NCBI GenBank assembly: GCA_035559235.1
Contig: DATMBM010000007.1
Span: forward strand, 9,475 to 73,474
DNA from: Minisyncoccota bacterium
GTDB lineage: Bacteria; Patescibacteriota; Minisyncoccia; Phycocordibacterales; UBA2100
Length of the DNA: 64,000 nucleotides
Reading direction: 5' to 3'
Below are positions 55,660-64,000 of this stretch, in pieces. Numbering within the stretch: position 1 is the stretch's first letter; each line of letters starts with the position of its first letter. The notes under the pieces are model-generated. The model was not told where the DNA came from, made no database searches, and saw nothing but the letters and a program-made list of their open reading frames with translations. A program made the position numbers and the translations under genes.

Positions 55660-58035
55660 TTAGTCAATAACGAAATTGATCAGTCTATTAGCCACAAAAA
55701 CAATCTTCTTGTACGACTTACCAACCAACCACTTTGCCGCTGCCTTTTCTGCGGCGTCTTGGACTTCCTTTTCCGTGGAATCAACAGGCGCTTGAATCTG
55801 GGTTCGAACTTTGCCGCTGATTTGCACGACGATGGTGGTCGTATCTGCGGTGAGCTTCGACTCATCGTATTGCGGCCACTTGCTGACGTGGATTGAGCCG
55901 CGCTGGCCAAGAAGGCTCCACAATTCCTCCGTAATGTGAGGCGCAAATGGCGCAAGGAGTGCAATGAACGTACGGTACTGCGCCTTGGTAATGCCGCTTT
56001 TTTCAGCGCCGTTGACGAAGATCATCATTTGGCTGATCGCCGTATTGAACTTGAAGTTTCTGATGTCATCACCGACCTTTTTGATGGTTTTGTGCAAATC
56101 CCGTTCCGTCGAATCATCCGGTGATGTCACTAATTTCTCTTGCAGACGCCACACGCGCTCCAAAAAACGCCGAGCACCGATGAGGCTCGCAGTCTTCCAT
56201 GCGATCGCGTCCGTAAACGGGCCCATGAACATCTCGTACACGCGCAACGTATCGGCGCCGTACGCGTCGACGATATCATCGGGGTTGATGACGTTGCCAA
56301 AGCGCTTCGACATCTTGCGGCCGTCTTCGGCTTGGATGAGCCCAACCGAGATGAGGCGCATAAATGGCTCCGCCGTCGAGACGATGCCGAGGTCGTACAA
56401 GAACTTGTGCCAGAAGCGGGCGTAAATAAGATGGCGAGTCGCGTGCTCGGCTCCGCCGACGTACAAATCAACCGGTGCCCAATACCGCTCCTTTTTTGGG
56501 TCAACCAAGGCCTTCTTGTTTTTCGGATCCATAAAGCGCAAGTAGTACCAACTCGAGCCCGCCCACTGCGGCATCGTGTTTGTTTCCCGCTTGGCCTTAC
56601 CCTTACATTTCGGGCACGTGGTATTTACCCATTTCGAAATAGCCGCAAGCGGCGACTCCCCTGTGCCGGTCGGCTCGTAATGTTTTACTTCCGGCAATTT
56701 CACCGGCAAATCCTTCTCCGGGACCGGAACGATGCCACAACGGTCGCAGTGAATGATTGGTATTGGCTCGCCCCAGTAGCGCTGGCGCGAAAAGACCCAG
56801 TCGCGTATTTTGTACGTCGTCTTAGGTTGGCCGAACCGTTCGGTAATTCTCGCCTTTGCCACTTCGCTCGGCATGCCGGAAAATTCCTCCGAATTCATGA
56901 GCGTTCCTGCCCCGACATACGGGATTGCCGAACCGTCGGAGTCAATCACCGGTATAACGGGGATGTTAAATTTCTTCGCAAATTCAAAGTCGCGCTCGTC
57001 ATGTGCGGGTACCGCCATGATGGCGCCCGTGCCGTAGTGAGAAAGCACATAATCTGCGACAAAAATGGGGATTTCTTGTCGTGTCGCGGGATTAACTGCG
57101 CGCACGCCCTGCAATTGGACGCCTGTTTTCTCCTTTCCCTCCGCGGTGCGTTCAATTTCATTTTTTGAGGCTGCTTCGGTTTGGTAGCGCTGTATGTCTG
57201 TCCAGTTTGTAATGCGTGAACGTAGCTTTCCGAGCATCTCGTGCTCTGGTGCCACGACCACATATGTCGCGCCGAACAGGGTATCGGGACGTGTGGTGAA
57301 CACCGTCAGCTTTTCTGGAGTTACCGTAAGCGGAAAATCGATCTCTGCACCCTCACTCTTCCCTATCCAGTTGCGCTGACTCTCCTTAATATGTTCCTGC
57401 CACTCGGGTAAGAATTCCAAATCTTGCAGCAAACGTTCTGCGTACTGCGTGATCCGCAAAATCCATTGGCGCATCGGACGCTTTTCGACAACGGTACCGC
57501 AGCGCTCGCAGACGTTCCCCTCGAGATCTTCATTGGCAAGACCCGTCTGGCACGAAGGGCACCAATTGATTGGCTCGAATGACTGGTACGCGAGCCCTTT
57601 TTCAAAGAGCTTCAAAAAAATCCACTGCGTCCATTTGTAGAAATCAGGGTCCGTCGTATTGATCTCTCGAGTCCAATCATAGTCCAGTCCGATCATCTGC
57701 AGCTGCTCCTTGAATCGCTTGATGTTTTTTTCAACCGCTCTGCGCGGGTGCACCTTGTTTTTTATCGCAAAGTTTTCGGCCGGCAAACCGAAGGCATCCC
57801 ATCCCATCGGATGAAGGACAGATTTTCCTTGCATGCGGGACATTCGGCTGTAGATATCTGTCGCAATGTAGCCTTTCGGATGTCCGACATGGAGTCCTTC
57901 TCCGGACGGATACGGAAACATGTCGAGCACGTACGCTTTTTTCTTGCGTGACGTCTCCTTGGAGCGATAAATGCCGGATTTGGCCCATGCGTTCCGCCAT
58001 TTTTTCTCTATCTTTTTGTGATCATACTGGCGCAT
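55660..58035 (-). CDS. leuS: Leucine--tRNA ligase
   Basis: HVGH (the HIGH region), KMSKR, a CP1 editing domain, and zinc knuckles are present. Confidence 0.97.
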   Translation of the reverse strand: MRQYDHKKIEKKWRNAWAKSGIYRSKETSRKKKAYVLDMFPYPSGEGLHVGHPKGYIATDIYSRMSRMQGKSVLHPMGWDAFGLPAENFAIKNKVHPRRAVEKNIKRFKEQLQMIGLDYDWTREINTTDPDFYKWTQWIFLKLFEKGLAYQSFEPINWCPSCQTGLANEDLEGNVCERCGTVVEKRPMRQWILRITQYAERLLQDLEFLPEWQEHIKESQRNWIGKSEGAEIDFPLTVTPEKLTVFTTRPDTLFGATYVVVAPEHEMLGKLRSRITNWTDIQRYQTEAASKNEIERTAEGKEKTGVQLQGVRAVNPATRQEIPIFVADYVLSHYGTGAIMAVPAHDERDFEFAKKFNIPVIPVIDSDGSAIPYVGAGTLMNSEEFSGMPSEVAKARITERFGQPKTTYKIRDWVFSRQRYWGEPIPIIHCDRCGIVPVPEKDLPVKLPEVKHYEPTGTGESPLAAISKWVNTTCPKCKGKAKRETNTMPQWAGSSWYYLRFMDPKNKKALVDPKKERYWAPVDLYVGGAEHATRHLIYARFWHKFLYDLGIVSTAEPFMRLISVGLIQAEDGRKMSKRFGNVINPDDIVDAYGADTLRVYEMFMGPFTDAIAWKTASLIGARRFLERVWRLQEKLVTSPDDSTERDLHKTIKKVGDDIRNFKFNTAISQMMIFVNGAEKSGITKAQYRTFIALLAPFAPHITEELWSLLGQRGSIHVSKWPQYDESKLTADTTTIVVQISGKVRTQIQAPVDSTEKEVQDAAEKAAAKWLVGKSYKKIVFVANRLINFVID

Positions 58036-58049
58036 TGCAAAACTCTACC

Positions 58050-58085
58050 ATGAAGAAAACGGGCACGCATGTGCCCGTTTTACTT
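58050..58085 (-). terminator. Rho-independent terminator after the 58093-59022 membrane gene
   Basis: On the minus strand, CGGGCAC-augc-GUGCCCG is followed by UUUUCUU. The plus strand also carries a U-run, so the element is bidirectional. Confidence 0.75.
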
Positions 58086-58092
58086 TTTTTCG

Positions 58093-59022
58093 TTACAGCC
58101 CCTTCGTATACGGTGGGTAGCGTTCAGGGTCGATGGTCCTGTCAAAGCACGCTTCTCCGGCGCCGTGCTCGAAGCTGCCGTCGAGCGTGCCGTAGGCGCG
58201 CACTGGCATTGCTTCCGGCGCCCCACGTGATTCCGCGTTGAACGTTGCGCACAAGCGGAAGGATGTTGAACTGGTGCGCTCGTAGCGGTATTCGTTGCCT
58301 TGCGGATCTTTAGGGAGCGACCAGCCGCGAAGCGGGTCTTCAAGCTCCTCAAGCGAAGCGGGCAGCGTCTGTTTTTGCTGCCAGAAATTCACCAACTCCC
58401 ACTGTATTGACTGCAAATCGGAAACTTTCTGGGCGTCGAATCGATAGAGGCGGACCTGGCCAGGCGTTCCCATAATAAAGAAACCTGCAATGATCGTGAG
58501 CACGACCACGGCACCGGCTCCCCATCCAACCATCTGCGCGCGGCTCGGGAATTGGTTCCAATAGCCGCGCAAATCCGCCAGAAAGTGCATGAATACGCCG
58601 CCGGCTACCAGAAGCAGCACAAGCACCTTCAGAACGAATCGCATCGTGAGGTCGCCGCCAAGGAAGTAGTTTATGAGCGTAATGAGATCGCCGACGACTG
58701 CGAGACCAGCGATAAAGAGCGTAAGCACGAGCGCCCATCGACGCACCCAGAGGTCGTTTTTCTCGGGTGTCTGTGCGATGTCGTTTCGGATCACGCGCAT
58801 AAGGAGGATGGCCACCGGAACCATGACGATCAGAGTCGCCATCGAAAAACGTATCGCGCCGGAGTAAGGGTCGCCGAAATATTCGTATGACAGAGGGTCG
58901 GGGAAGGCGTAATTGATGTACTGAAACAGGAGCGTGATAAACGCGATAATGCTGCTGTAGAGCGCGACCACCGCGCCAAGCCAAAGGAAAAAATCCTTGG
59001 GCGTTACTTTGGGGCTGTTCAT
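58093..59022 (-). CDS. Hypothetical membrane protein (5-6 TM N-terminal domain + about 120-aa C-terminal soluble domain)
   Basis: Hydrophobicity only. ATG start at 59022. An in-frame upstream GTG at 59055 is also possible. Confidence 0.55.
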   Translation of the reverse strand: MNSPKVTPKDFFLWLGAVVALYSSIIAFITLLFQYINYAFPDPLSYEYFGDPYSGAIRFSMATLIVMVPVAILLMRVIRNDIAQTPEKNDLWVRRWALVLTLFIAGLAVVGDLITLINYFLGGDLTMRFVLKVLVLLLVAGGVFMHFLADLRGYWNQFPSRAQMVGWGAGAVVVLTIIAGFFIMGTPGQVRLYRFDAQKVSDLQSIQWELVNFWQQKQTLPASLEELEDPLRGWSLPKDPQGNEYRYERTSSTSFRLCATFNAESRGAPEAMPVRAYGTLDGSFEHGAGEACFDRTIDPERYPPYTKGL

Positions 59023-59068
59023 ACATAAAAGTATACGCACATTCGTTGGCTTCACAACGCCAATGTGG

Positions 59069-59093
59069 ATAGAGCCGGTCGCGCGGACCGGCT
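59069..59093. terminator. Perfect 10-bp hairpin (agagccggtc-gcgc-ggaccggctct) downstream of the HD-hydrolase gene
   Basis: A strong stem with a weak U-tract. Confidence 0.4.
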
Positions 59094-59102
59094 CTCGTTT
59101 GC

Positions 59103-59771
59103 TTACGTCACTTGCTCTTCGACGGCACGCAGTGCGTCCTCGAGTTCGTGGATCAGCATGATATGCCGTTCCGCAAGTGGCATAATGAAATCCTTAGTCT
59201 CGGAGATCTTCGCGCGCACCCTCGCTGGGTCTTGCGACCAGATGGTCAGAAGGTTGTGCAGCCGATCAGCGAGCTTTATCATGACGGCCTTACGCGGTGC
59301 GCGTCGTAGATTCCGGTGATATTTTCGATCAATATCGCCGACCGTGCGGTACGAGTCGCTTTGCCTCGGCTTTGTGAGCCACCAAACGAGTGCTGCGACA
59401 CGTTCGTTAAATTCGCTCGTTAGGCGCTCGTGTGTCCATCCGTCTACGTCCTCGCATATATCGTGCAGCAATGCCGCGGCGATAACATCAGCATCGTCGA
59501 CGCGGAGGTGCACGAGGAGGATAAGTGCGGTCGCACGCAAGTGCTCGAAATACTTTTCACCATCATCGCGCACATGCGTTCGAAATGCGCGCTGAGCTGC
59601 ATCATACGCTCGGTCGATTAATTTATACCGTGCATCCGTTGTCGGAAAAATATCGCCCACACGCGCGAAAAAGCTTTCTTTAGACTCTGTTTTCGATTTG
59701 AGAAAGCTTAGCTTGTTTGCGAGCCATTCTGGGATGACCGCCTGCAGATGATTGCGATTGGCGTCGTTCAT
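59103..59771 (-). CDS. HD-domain (p)ppGpp hydrolase-like protein (RelA/SpoT hydrolase domain only; small alarmone hydrolase)
   Basis: LLHDICED (HD) and IKLADRLHNL motifs are typical of the RelA/SpoT HD domain. Start at MNDANRN. Confidence 0.7.
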   Translation of the reverse strand: MNDANRNHLQAVIPEWLANKLSFLKSKTESKESFFARVGDIFPTTDARYKLIDRAYDAAQRAFRTHVRDDGEKYFEHLRATALILLVHLRVDDADVIAAALLHDICEDVDGWTHERLTSEFNERVAALVWWLTKPRQSDSYRTVGDIDRKYHRNLRRAPRKAVMIKLADRLHNLLTIWSQDPARVRAKISETKDFIMPLAERHIMLIHELEDALRAVEEQVT

Positions 59772-59836
59772 GACACGCCCTTTCTCTTTCTGCCTATGTC
59801 CTGCCGCTACACTACCGTATCGGGCAAATACCGCAA

Positions 59837-60946
59837 TCAACTATGGAAAAACTCCATGACGTCGCCATCCTGGACGACGTATTCCTTCCCTTCGGTTCGA
59901 ACCCACCCTTTCTCGCGCGCAGCAGCCCACGAGCCCGCTTTGAGCAATGTATCCCATTGGATGACCTGTGCTCGAATAAATTTGTCGCGGAAATCGGTAT
60001 GGATTGCCGCGCCCGCTTCCGGCGCCGTCGCACCGCGACGAATGGTCCACGCGCGCGATTCTTTTTCGCCCGTCGTAAAAAAGGAAATCAGGTCGAGAAG
60101 CTGGTAGCCCCCTTTGATCAGATCGTCGATGCCGTCTGATGAGACGCCGAGTTCCCTGCGAAATTCTTTCCGCTCCTCACCCTGGATGTCAGACAAGTCA
60201 TTTTCAACCCCAGCGTCGACGAACACCGATTGCGCATTTTCGTCTTCAAAAAATTTCTGCAATTCGCGCCACCGGTTTCCGTTTTCCGCGTCGATGTTTA
60301 CTGCCCCGCTCTTTCGGTTTAATACGTATATCACAGGCTTAGTCGTCAGTAGGTTGAGCCGCTTTGCGATATCACGCTCCTTTTCATCAAGCGCAACCGT
60401 GCGCGCAGCTTTGCCCGATTTCAATGCTGGCACGATTTTGCGGAGCACGTCACGTTCGGCGACGATCTCTTTATCGCCGCCTTTTGCGTCACGTTCCAGG
60501 CGTTCCAATCGTTTTGACGCGACCTGCTCGTCGGCTAGCACCAGTTCAAGGTTGATCACCTCGATGTCGCGCAGCGGATTGACTTCCCCATGCACGTGGT
60601 GGATGTCCTCGTCGTCAAACAAGCGCACGACTTCCGCGATGGCATCGGTTTCGCGTATGTTGGTGAGAAACTGATTTCCGAGTCCCTCACCCTCTGATGC
60701 GCCCTTGACGAGCCCGGCGATATCGACAAATTCAACAGCGGCGGGAACAGTCTTTTCCGAATGCGACATTTTCGACAGCGCTTCCAGGCGATGATCTGGC
60801 ACCGCGACGACGCCTACCGACGGATCGATCGTGGCGAAGGGGTAATTCGCGATGAGGACTCCTTTCCGGGTAAGCGCATTAAAAAGCGTCGACTTGCCGA
60901 CGTTTGGGAGTCCCACGATCCCTATCGCTAGTTTTGAGCTCGACAT
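59837..60946 (-). CDS. ychF: Ribosome-binding ATPase YchF
   Basis: G1 GLPNVGKST, a TGS domain, and the canonical Obg-family YchF N-terminus. Confidence 0.95.
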   Translation of the reverse strand: MSSSKLAIGIVGLPNVGKSTLFNALTRKGVLIANYPFATIDPSVGVVAVPDHRLEALSKMSHSEKTVPAAVEFVDIAGLVKGASEGEGLGNQFLTNIRETDAIAEVVRLFDDEDIHHVHGEVNPLRDIEVINLELVLADEQVASKRLERLERDAKGGDKEIVAERDVLRKIVPALKSGKAARTVALDEKERDIAKRLNLLTTKPVIYVLNRKSGAVNIDAENGNRWRELQKFFEDENAQSVFVDAGVENDLSDIQGEERKEFRRELGVSSDGIDDLIKGGYQLLDLISFFTTGEKESRAWTIRRGATAPEAGAAIHTDFRDKFIRAQVIQWDTLLKAGSWAAAREKGWVRTEGKEYVVQDGDVMEFFHS

Positions 60947-62618
60947 AAGGATTTGTTGAAGACGGAAAAAGGAATTCCCGCTGGATCGGCGAAACGACAG
61001 CGACCGGCAGATAGCCGCTCACCTCGAGCCGTCCGGGGACGCCCACGATCTCGTCTACAACATCGAGTACTATGTCCCGTTTTTGCTCAAAACTCAAGCC
61101 GTGGAGCGCTGAAATCACCTCCGTGTCGAGGTAATCCACTTCCTCGGTTTGAAGTATTGAATTGTCATTTTCGGGCGGGGACACCGCCTGCTCGTTGGCT
61201 ACTTGGCGTTCCAATTCTCCTATTTTCTGCTTCAAGGGAGCAGTGAGTTCCATAAGCTGCGCAAGCTCAAGTGCTCCTTGGCCGTACGCGACTTGGTAAC
61301 GCTGTTCCTGTTTTTTGAGAGTGGCGATCTCTCGCTTGAGGGTGTCGATGTCGGAATTGCTTACGACCAGCTTCTGTCCCTGTCGCTGCGACCATCGCTC
61401 GAGCTGATTTTTCAGCTGTTCCTTCGATGCCATCAATTCTACGATCTTCGACCACACCTCGCCATCTGCGATGCGCGAGTTTATGCCCTTCTCTTTGCAT
61501 GTGGGCGGCAGCGGGAAGTTCTTGACACGATTCGAGCAGCGATAGTATTGGTATTTTCCCTTTTGCGGTCCTTCGCCTGTTCTCGAGCATCCGCACGAGC
61601 AACGCATGCGTTCAGCGAGCAGATAGTTGTTCACTTTGTTGCGCTTGGAGTCCTCGTAGTTTTTCTTGAGCTGGAGCCGTGTGCGCTGAAAGAGCGCCCT
61701 GCTTTCTTCGTCGTCTAGGATCGCCGGCACGGGAATCTGTATCCATTCTTTCTTTGGCTTCATTTTCCGGCTCGTTTTCTTTACCTTCCGGTATTTGATG
61801 CCCTTTTTCCACGGATTTCGTGCCTCTACGGCGACAGACGCGTTGAAATACGCGACACCAATGTAGGTCTCGCGGCGCAGCATGGTCGAGAGCGTGTTCG
61901 TGCTCCACACGCCATTCTTGTTCTTGCGCGGTTTAACGCCCATTTCCTTCAGACGCCTGACGACTTTGCGCAACGTGAGCCCTTGATTCCCTACCCACTC
62001 GAACAACATGCGTACGACCCGAGCCTCGACGGGATCGATCACTAAGTGCGTTTCGACGAAATCCGGATCGGTCGGCTTGCCGCGACGTGTGATGAGGCGG
62101 TAACCATACGGTGCGACGCTTGTGATGATGTGCTTATTAGAAGCTTTACTCAGCTTCCCAATGCGAAAACGTTCTCGTATTTTTAATCGCTCGTATTCAG
62201 CGAAGATGCCCTGTACACCGTACAGCACTTTTTCCATGTCGTTCCGGGGTTCAGAGCGTGTCCTAAAGCGAAGTTCTTTCCCCGCTTTCTGTAGATCGTC
62301 TTGCACAATCCTCTGCATATGATACTGACGTGCTAAACGATCCGGGTCATAGATGAGCACAGCATCCCACATATTCGCCTTTGCATCTTGCCGGAGCAAA
62401 TCTAATTGCGGGCGTTCAAGAATATCACCCGACCATCCTTCGTCGTAATAACGTCGCACGACCAGATAATTACCCGCCCCATATAGCTCGTTTGCAAGGT
62501 TGTTGAGTTCCATCTCCTGATTTTGGATAGTCTTTTGGTCTTCCTGATTCGAGGTGGAAACGCGCCCGTAGTAGGCGATCAGTTTCGTTCCGTTGTTTGT
62601 ATTTGAGAGAGACTGCAT
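60879..62618 (-). CDS. Large serine recombinase (resolvase catalytic domain + recombinase domain + zinc ribbon + coiled-coil)
   Basis: The catalytic YGRVSTSNQ motif is present. The recombinase domain carries CSCGCS...YYRC. The coiled-coil tail is typical of phage-type serine integrases. The 3' end overlaps the ychF start by 68 nt. Confidence 0.9.
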   Translation of the reverse strand: MQSLSNTNNGTKLIAYYGRVSTSNQEDQKTIQNQEMELNNLANELYGAGNYLVVRRYYDEGWSGDILERPQLDLLRQDAKANMWDAVLIYDPDRLARQYHMQRIVQDDLQKAGKELRFRTRSEPRNDMEKVLYGVQGIFAEYERLKIRERFRIGKLSKASNKHIITSVAPYGYRLITRRGKPTDPDFVETHLVIDPVEARVVRMLFEWVGNQGLTLRKVVRRLKEMGVKPRKNKNGVWSTNTLSTMLRRETYIGVAYFNASVAVEARNPWKKGIKYRKVKKTSRKMKPKKEWIQIPVPAILDDEESRALFQRTRLQLKKNYEDSKRNKVNNYLLAERMRCSCGCSRTGEGPQKGKYQYYRCSNRVKNFPLPPTCKEKGINSRIADGEVWSKIVELMASKEQLKNQLERWSQRQGQKLVVSNSDIDTLKREIATLKKQEQRYQVAYGQGALELAQLMELTAPLKQKIGELERQVANEQAVSPPENDNSILQTEEVDYLDTEVISALHGLSFEQKRDIVLDVVDEIVGVPGRLEVSGYLPVAVVSPIQREFLFPSSTNPYVELKTSDRDRGTPKRRQVDAF

Positions 62619-62633
62619 GTTGGTTCGATTTTA

Positions 62634-62822
62634 CTATGCACTGGTAATATTCTTGTCCCCTTCGGCGCTGCGCCTACGCAGCAGTTCCGCAAAAAGCCTG
62701 TCATACGCCCTATTTACGCGCTCCCTGCCCTCTGGATTGTCCAAATGCCGATAGAACAAGCCGAGGGGTATCGAGAGCCATTTTTGGACGAATGCGGCAA
62801 TGTCTGGTGCTTGTTCGGTCAT
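62634..62822 (-). CDS. Small hypothetical protein (62 aa) translationally coupled to the upstream ATPase
   Basis: Its ATG lies 1 nt after the ATPase stop (TGAtATG). Possibly an excisionase/regulator-like accessory gene. Confidence 0.35.
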   Translation of the reverse strand: MTEQAPDIAAFVQKWLSIPLGLFYRHLDNPEGRERVNRAYDRLFAELLRRRSAEGDKNITSA

Positions 62823-62823
62823 A

Positions 62824-63939
62824 TCAGAGCGATATATTTTTCTGCTCAAGTATCTCGACCTGTCCGCCAAGATGCCCTCCTTGCTCCAAGGCGCCCTCCG
62901 GTTGTGGGGCATCTTGGGCGCCTTCGCGCTTCGGCAGTTCCCACAGCCACTCGCCGCGGAATGATGTCTTGCGCGGGACAACACCCAGCTTCTTCTGCGC
63001 GGTGCGTATCTGCTTTTCCGTGAGCCCTACATCCTCCCCCTCCTCGTACACTTGCTTCGCTGTCTTCGGACCTTCCGAGAGGATGCGCTCCAACATCATC
63101 ACGGCGAATCCCGTCGCCATTTTCTCGTCAGCGGAATCGTTGGTGAGGGCGAAATCGGACGGGATGTCTATCGGGTCGGGTTCCCATACGATGACCGGAC
63201 TGCCGTTCTCCGCCGTCGTGACGGTGTATGCAAGGCCAGGCTTCTCGCGCTCGGGAGAAATGTTGTTCTTTATCGGGAAGAATAATCGCCGTGAGCGGTT
63301 GTCGGGGTCGCGCATAATGAAGAACACCGCGCGAGCTGCCGCGACGAACGCGAGCGAACCGCCGGGACGATAGAGCGCGTTCTTTTCGCCGCTGTTCTTG
63401 TTCAAGTGCTCGATGGCGACAAGAGCTATCTTGTAACGAGCAGCGAGCCGCGCCATGGGTGCGAGCAAACCACGCACCGCAGCGTTGCGATGACTGTCAG
63501 TCTGCCCCAAGTACGCCGAGATCGGATCTATGACCACAAGCTTGCATTCGGGCAGTGATTTCAACGCCGCCTCGATTGCATCGAGATCGCGCTCGAGCGA
63601 AAACATGCGCTCCGTCTCTGAACCGTCTGGGTTTGCAACCCGAATCGCCTGCAGGATGTGTATTCGCCGCACGTCAGCCCCTGCTGCTTCAAGACGCGGC
63701 TTTATGGTGTCCGATGCATCGTCTTCCGCCGACAGGATGATTACGTCACCCTTCGGGCACGGGAGATTGTCCACGTACCAAGGATTGCCGTTCGACACTG
63801 CGGAAGATATCGCCGCCGTGAGCAGACTCTTTCCTACGTCGGGATCGCCAACGAACAAGGTGAATTTCCCCAATGCGATGCGATATTGCCAGAGCCATTG
63901 AATAGGCTCGCTCTTGATGTCGGCGAAATTGACGAGCAC
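62824..63939 (-). CDS. RepA-like AAA/RecA-fold ATPase (AAA_25-type) of a mobile element
   Basis: Walker A GDPDVGKS and Walker B LVVIDPIS are present. KNxxG and an Arg finger are typical of plasmid/phage RepA/DnaB-like proteins. Confidence 0.8.
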   Translation of the reverse strand: MLVNFADIKSEPIQWLWQYRIALGKFTLFVGDPDVGKSLLTAAISSAVSNGNPWYVDNLPCPKGDVIILSAEDDASDTIKPRLEAAGADVRRIHILQAIRVANPDGSETERMFSLERDLDAIEAALKSLPECKLVVIDPISAYLGQTDSHRNAAVRGLLAPMARLAARYKIALVAIEHLNKNSGEKNALYRPGGSLAFVAAARAVFFIMRDPDNRSRRLFFPIKNNISPEREKPGLAYTVTTAENGSPVIVWEPDPIDIPSDFALTNDSADEKMATGFAVMMLERILSEGPKTAKQVYEEGEDVGLTEKQIRTAQKKLGVVPRKTSFRGEWLWELPKREGAQDAPQPEGALEQGGHLGGQVEILEQKNISL

Positions 63940-64000
63940 AGCTTCGGTTGCCGCGGATGCTTGCTCACGCCCCGATAGTTCGCGCTTTAAGATGTTATTG

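Larger units (their letters stand above)
60879..64000 (-). mobile_element. Integrated mobile genetic element (recombinase + accessory gene + RepA-like ATPase); it extends beyond the window end
   Basis: The gene content is MGE-typical and all co-oriented. It sits directly at the 5' end of the conserved ychF gene. Confidence 0.6.

Noticed and set aside
1-64000. rRNA, tRNA, tmRNA, RNase P, SRP RNA, CRISPR arrays
   Set aside because: No cloverleaf-compatible sequences were seen in the intergenic gaps inspected. No SRP or RNase P signature motifs were seen. No regularly spaced direct repeats were seen anywhere in the window.

Overview
This is a high-GC (~60%) window dense with housekeeping genes from a small, streamlined bacterial genome. 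Gene content and organisation suggest a CPR/Patescibacteria-like organism: an archaeal-type AspRS, a short AlaRS, a sigma70-region4/HARE-HTH protein, and a fused rpoA-rplQ-rplM-rpsI block. Supported calls include a partial nirK, recR, dnaB, mltG, mnmA, an infA-rpmJ-rpsM-rpsK-rpsD-rpoA-rplQ-rplM-rpsI operon, grpE-dnaK-dnaJ, glmS, six aaRS genes (alaS, trpS, aspS, gltX, cysS, leuS), scpAB, a dacA-mraY-ftsW-murG block, rpmA, rplI, ctpA, a CPA2 antiporter and ychF. The rpmJ gene (L36) was missed by the ORF track. Non-standard content: (i) an integrated mobile element at the right edge, with a large serine recombinase and a RepA-like AAA ATPase, abutting ychF; (ii) a lower-GC islet at 31.2-34.4 kb with a membrane protein, a eukaryote-like SET-domain methyltransferase and an orphan multi-TM histidine kinase; (iii) an APH-family kinase between dnaK and dnaJ; (iv) an ATP-cone/restriction-endonuclease-fold fusion followed by MgtC, a Cas4-like Fe-S PD-(D/E)xK nuclease and an MGMT-domain protein; (v) an orphan actin-like ATPase plus bitopic membrane protein pair that may be PilM/PilN-like; (vi) a 487-aa membrane protein of unknown function next to the sigma-r4/HARE-HTH regulator; (vii) candidate structured RNA leaders upstream of yqeY, rplU and glmS, the last in the canonical glmS-ribozyme position; (viii) a recurring TAtAaT-like hexamer 6-8 nt before start codons, pointing to widespread leaderless mRNAs. 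No rRNA, tRNA or CRISPR array was recognised.
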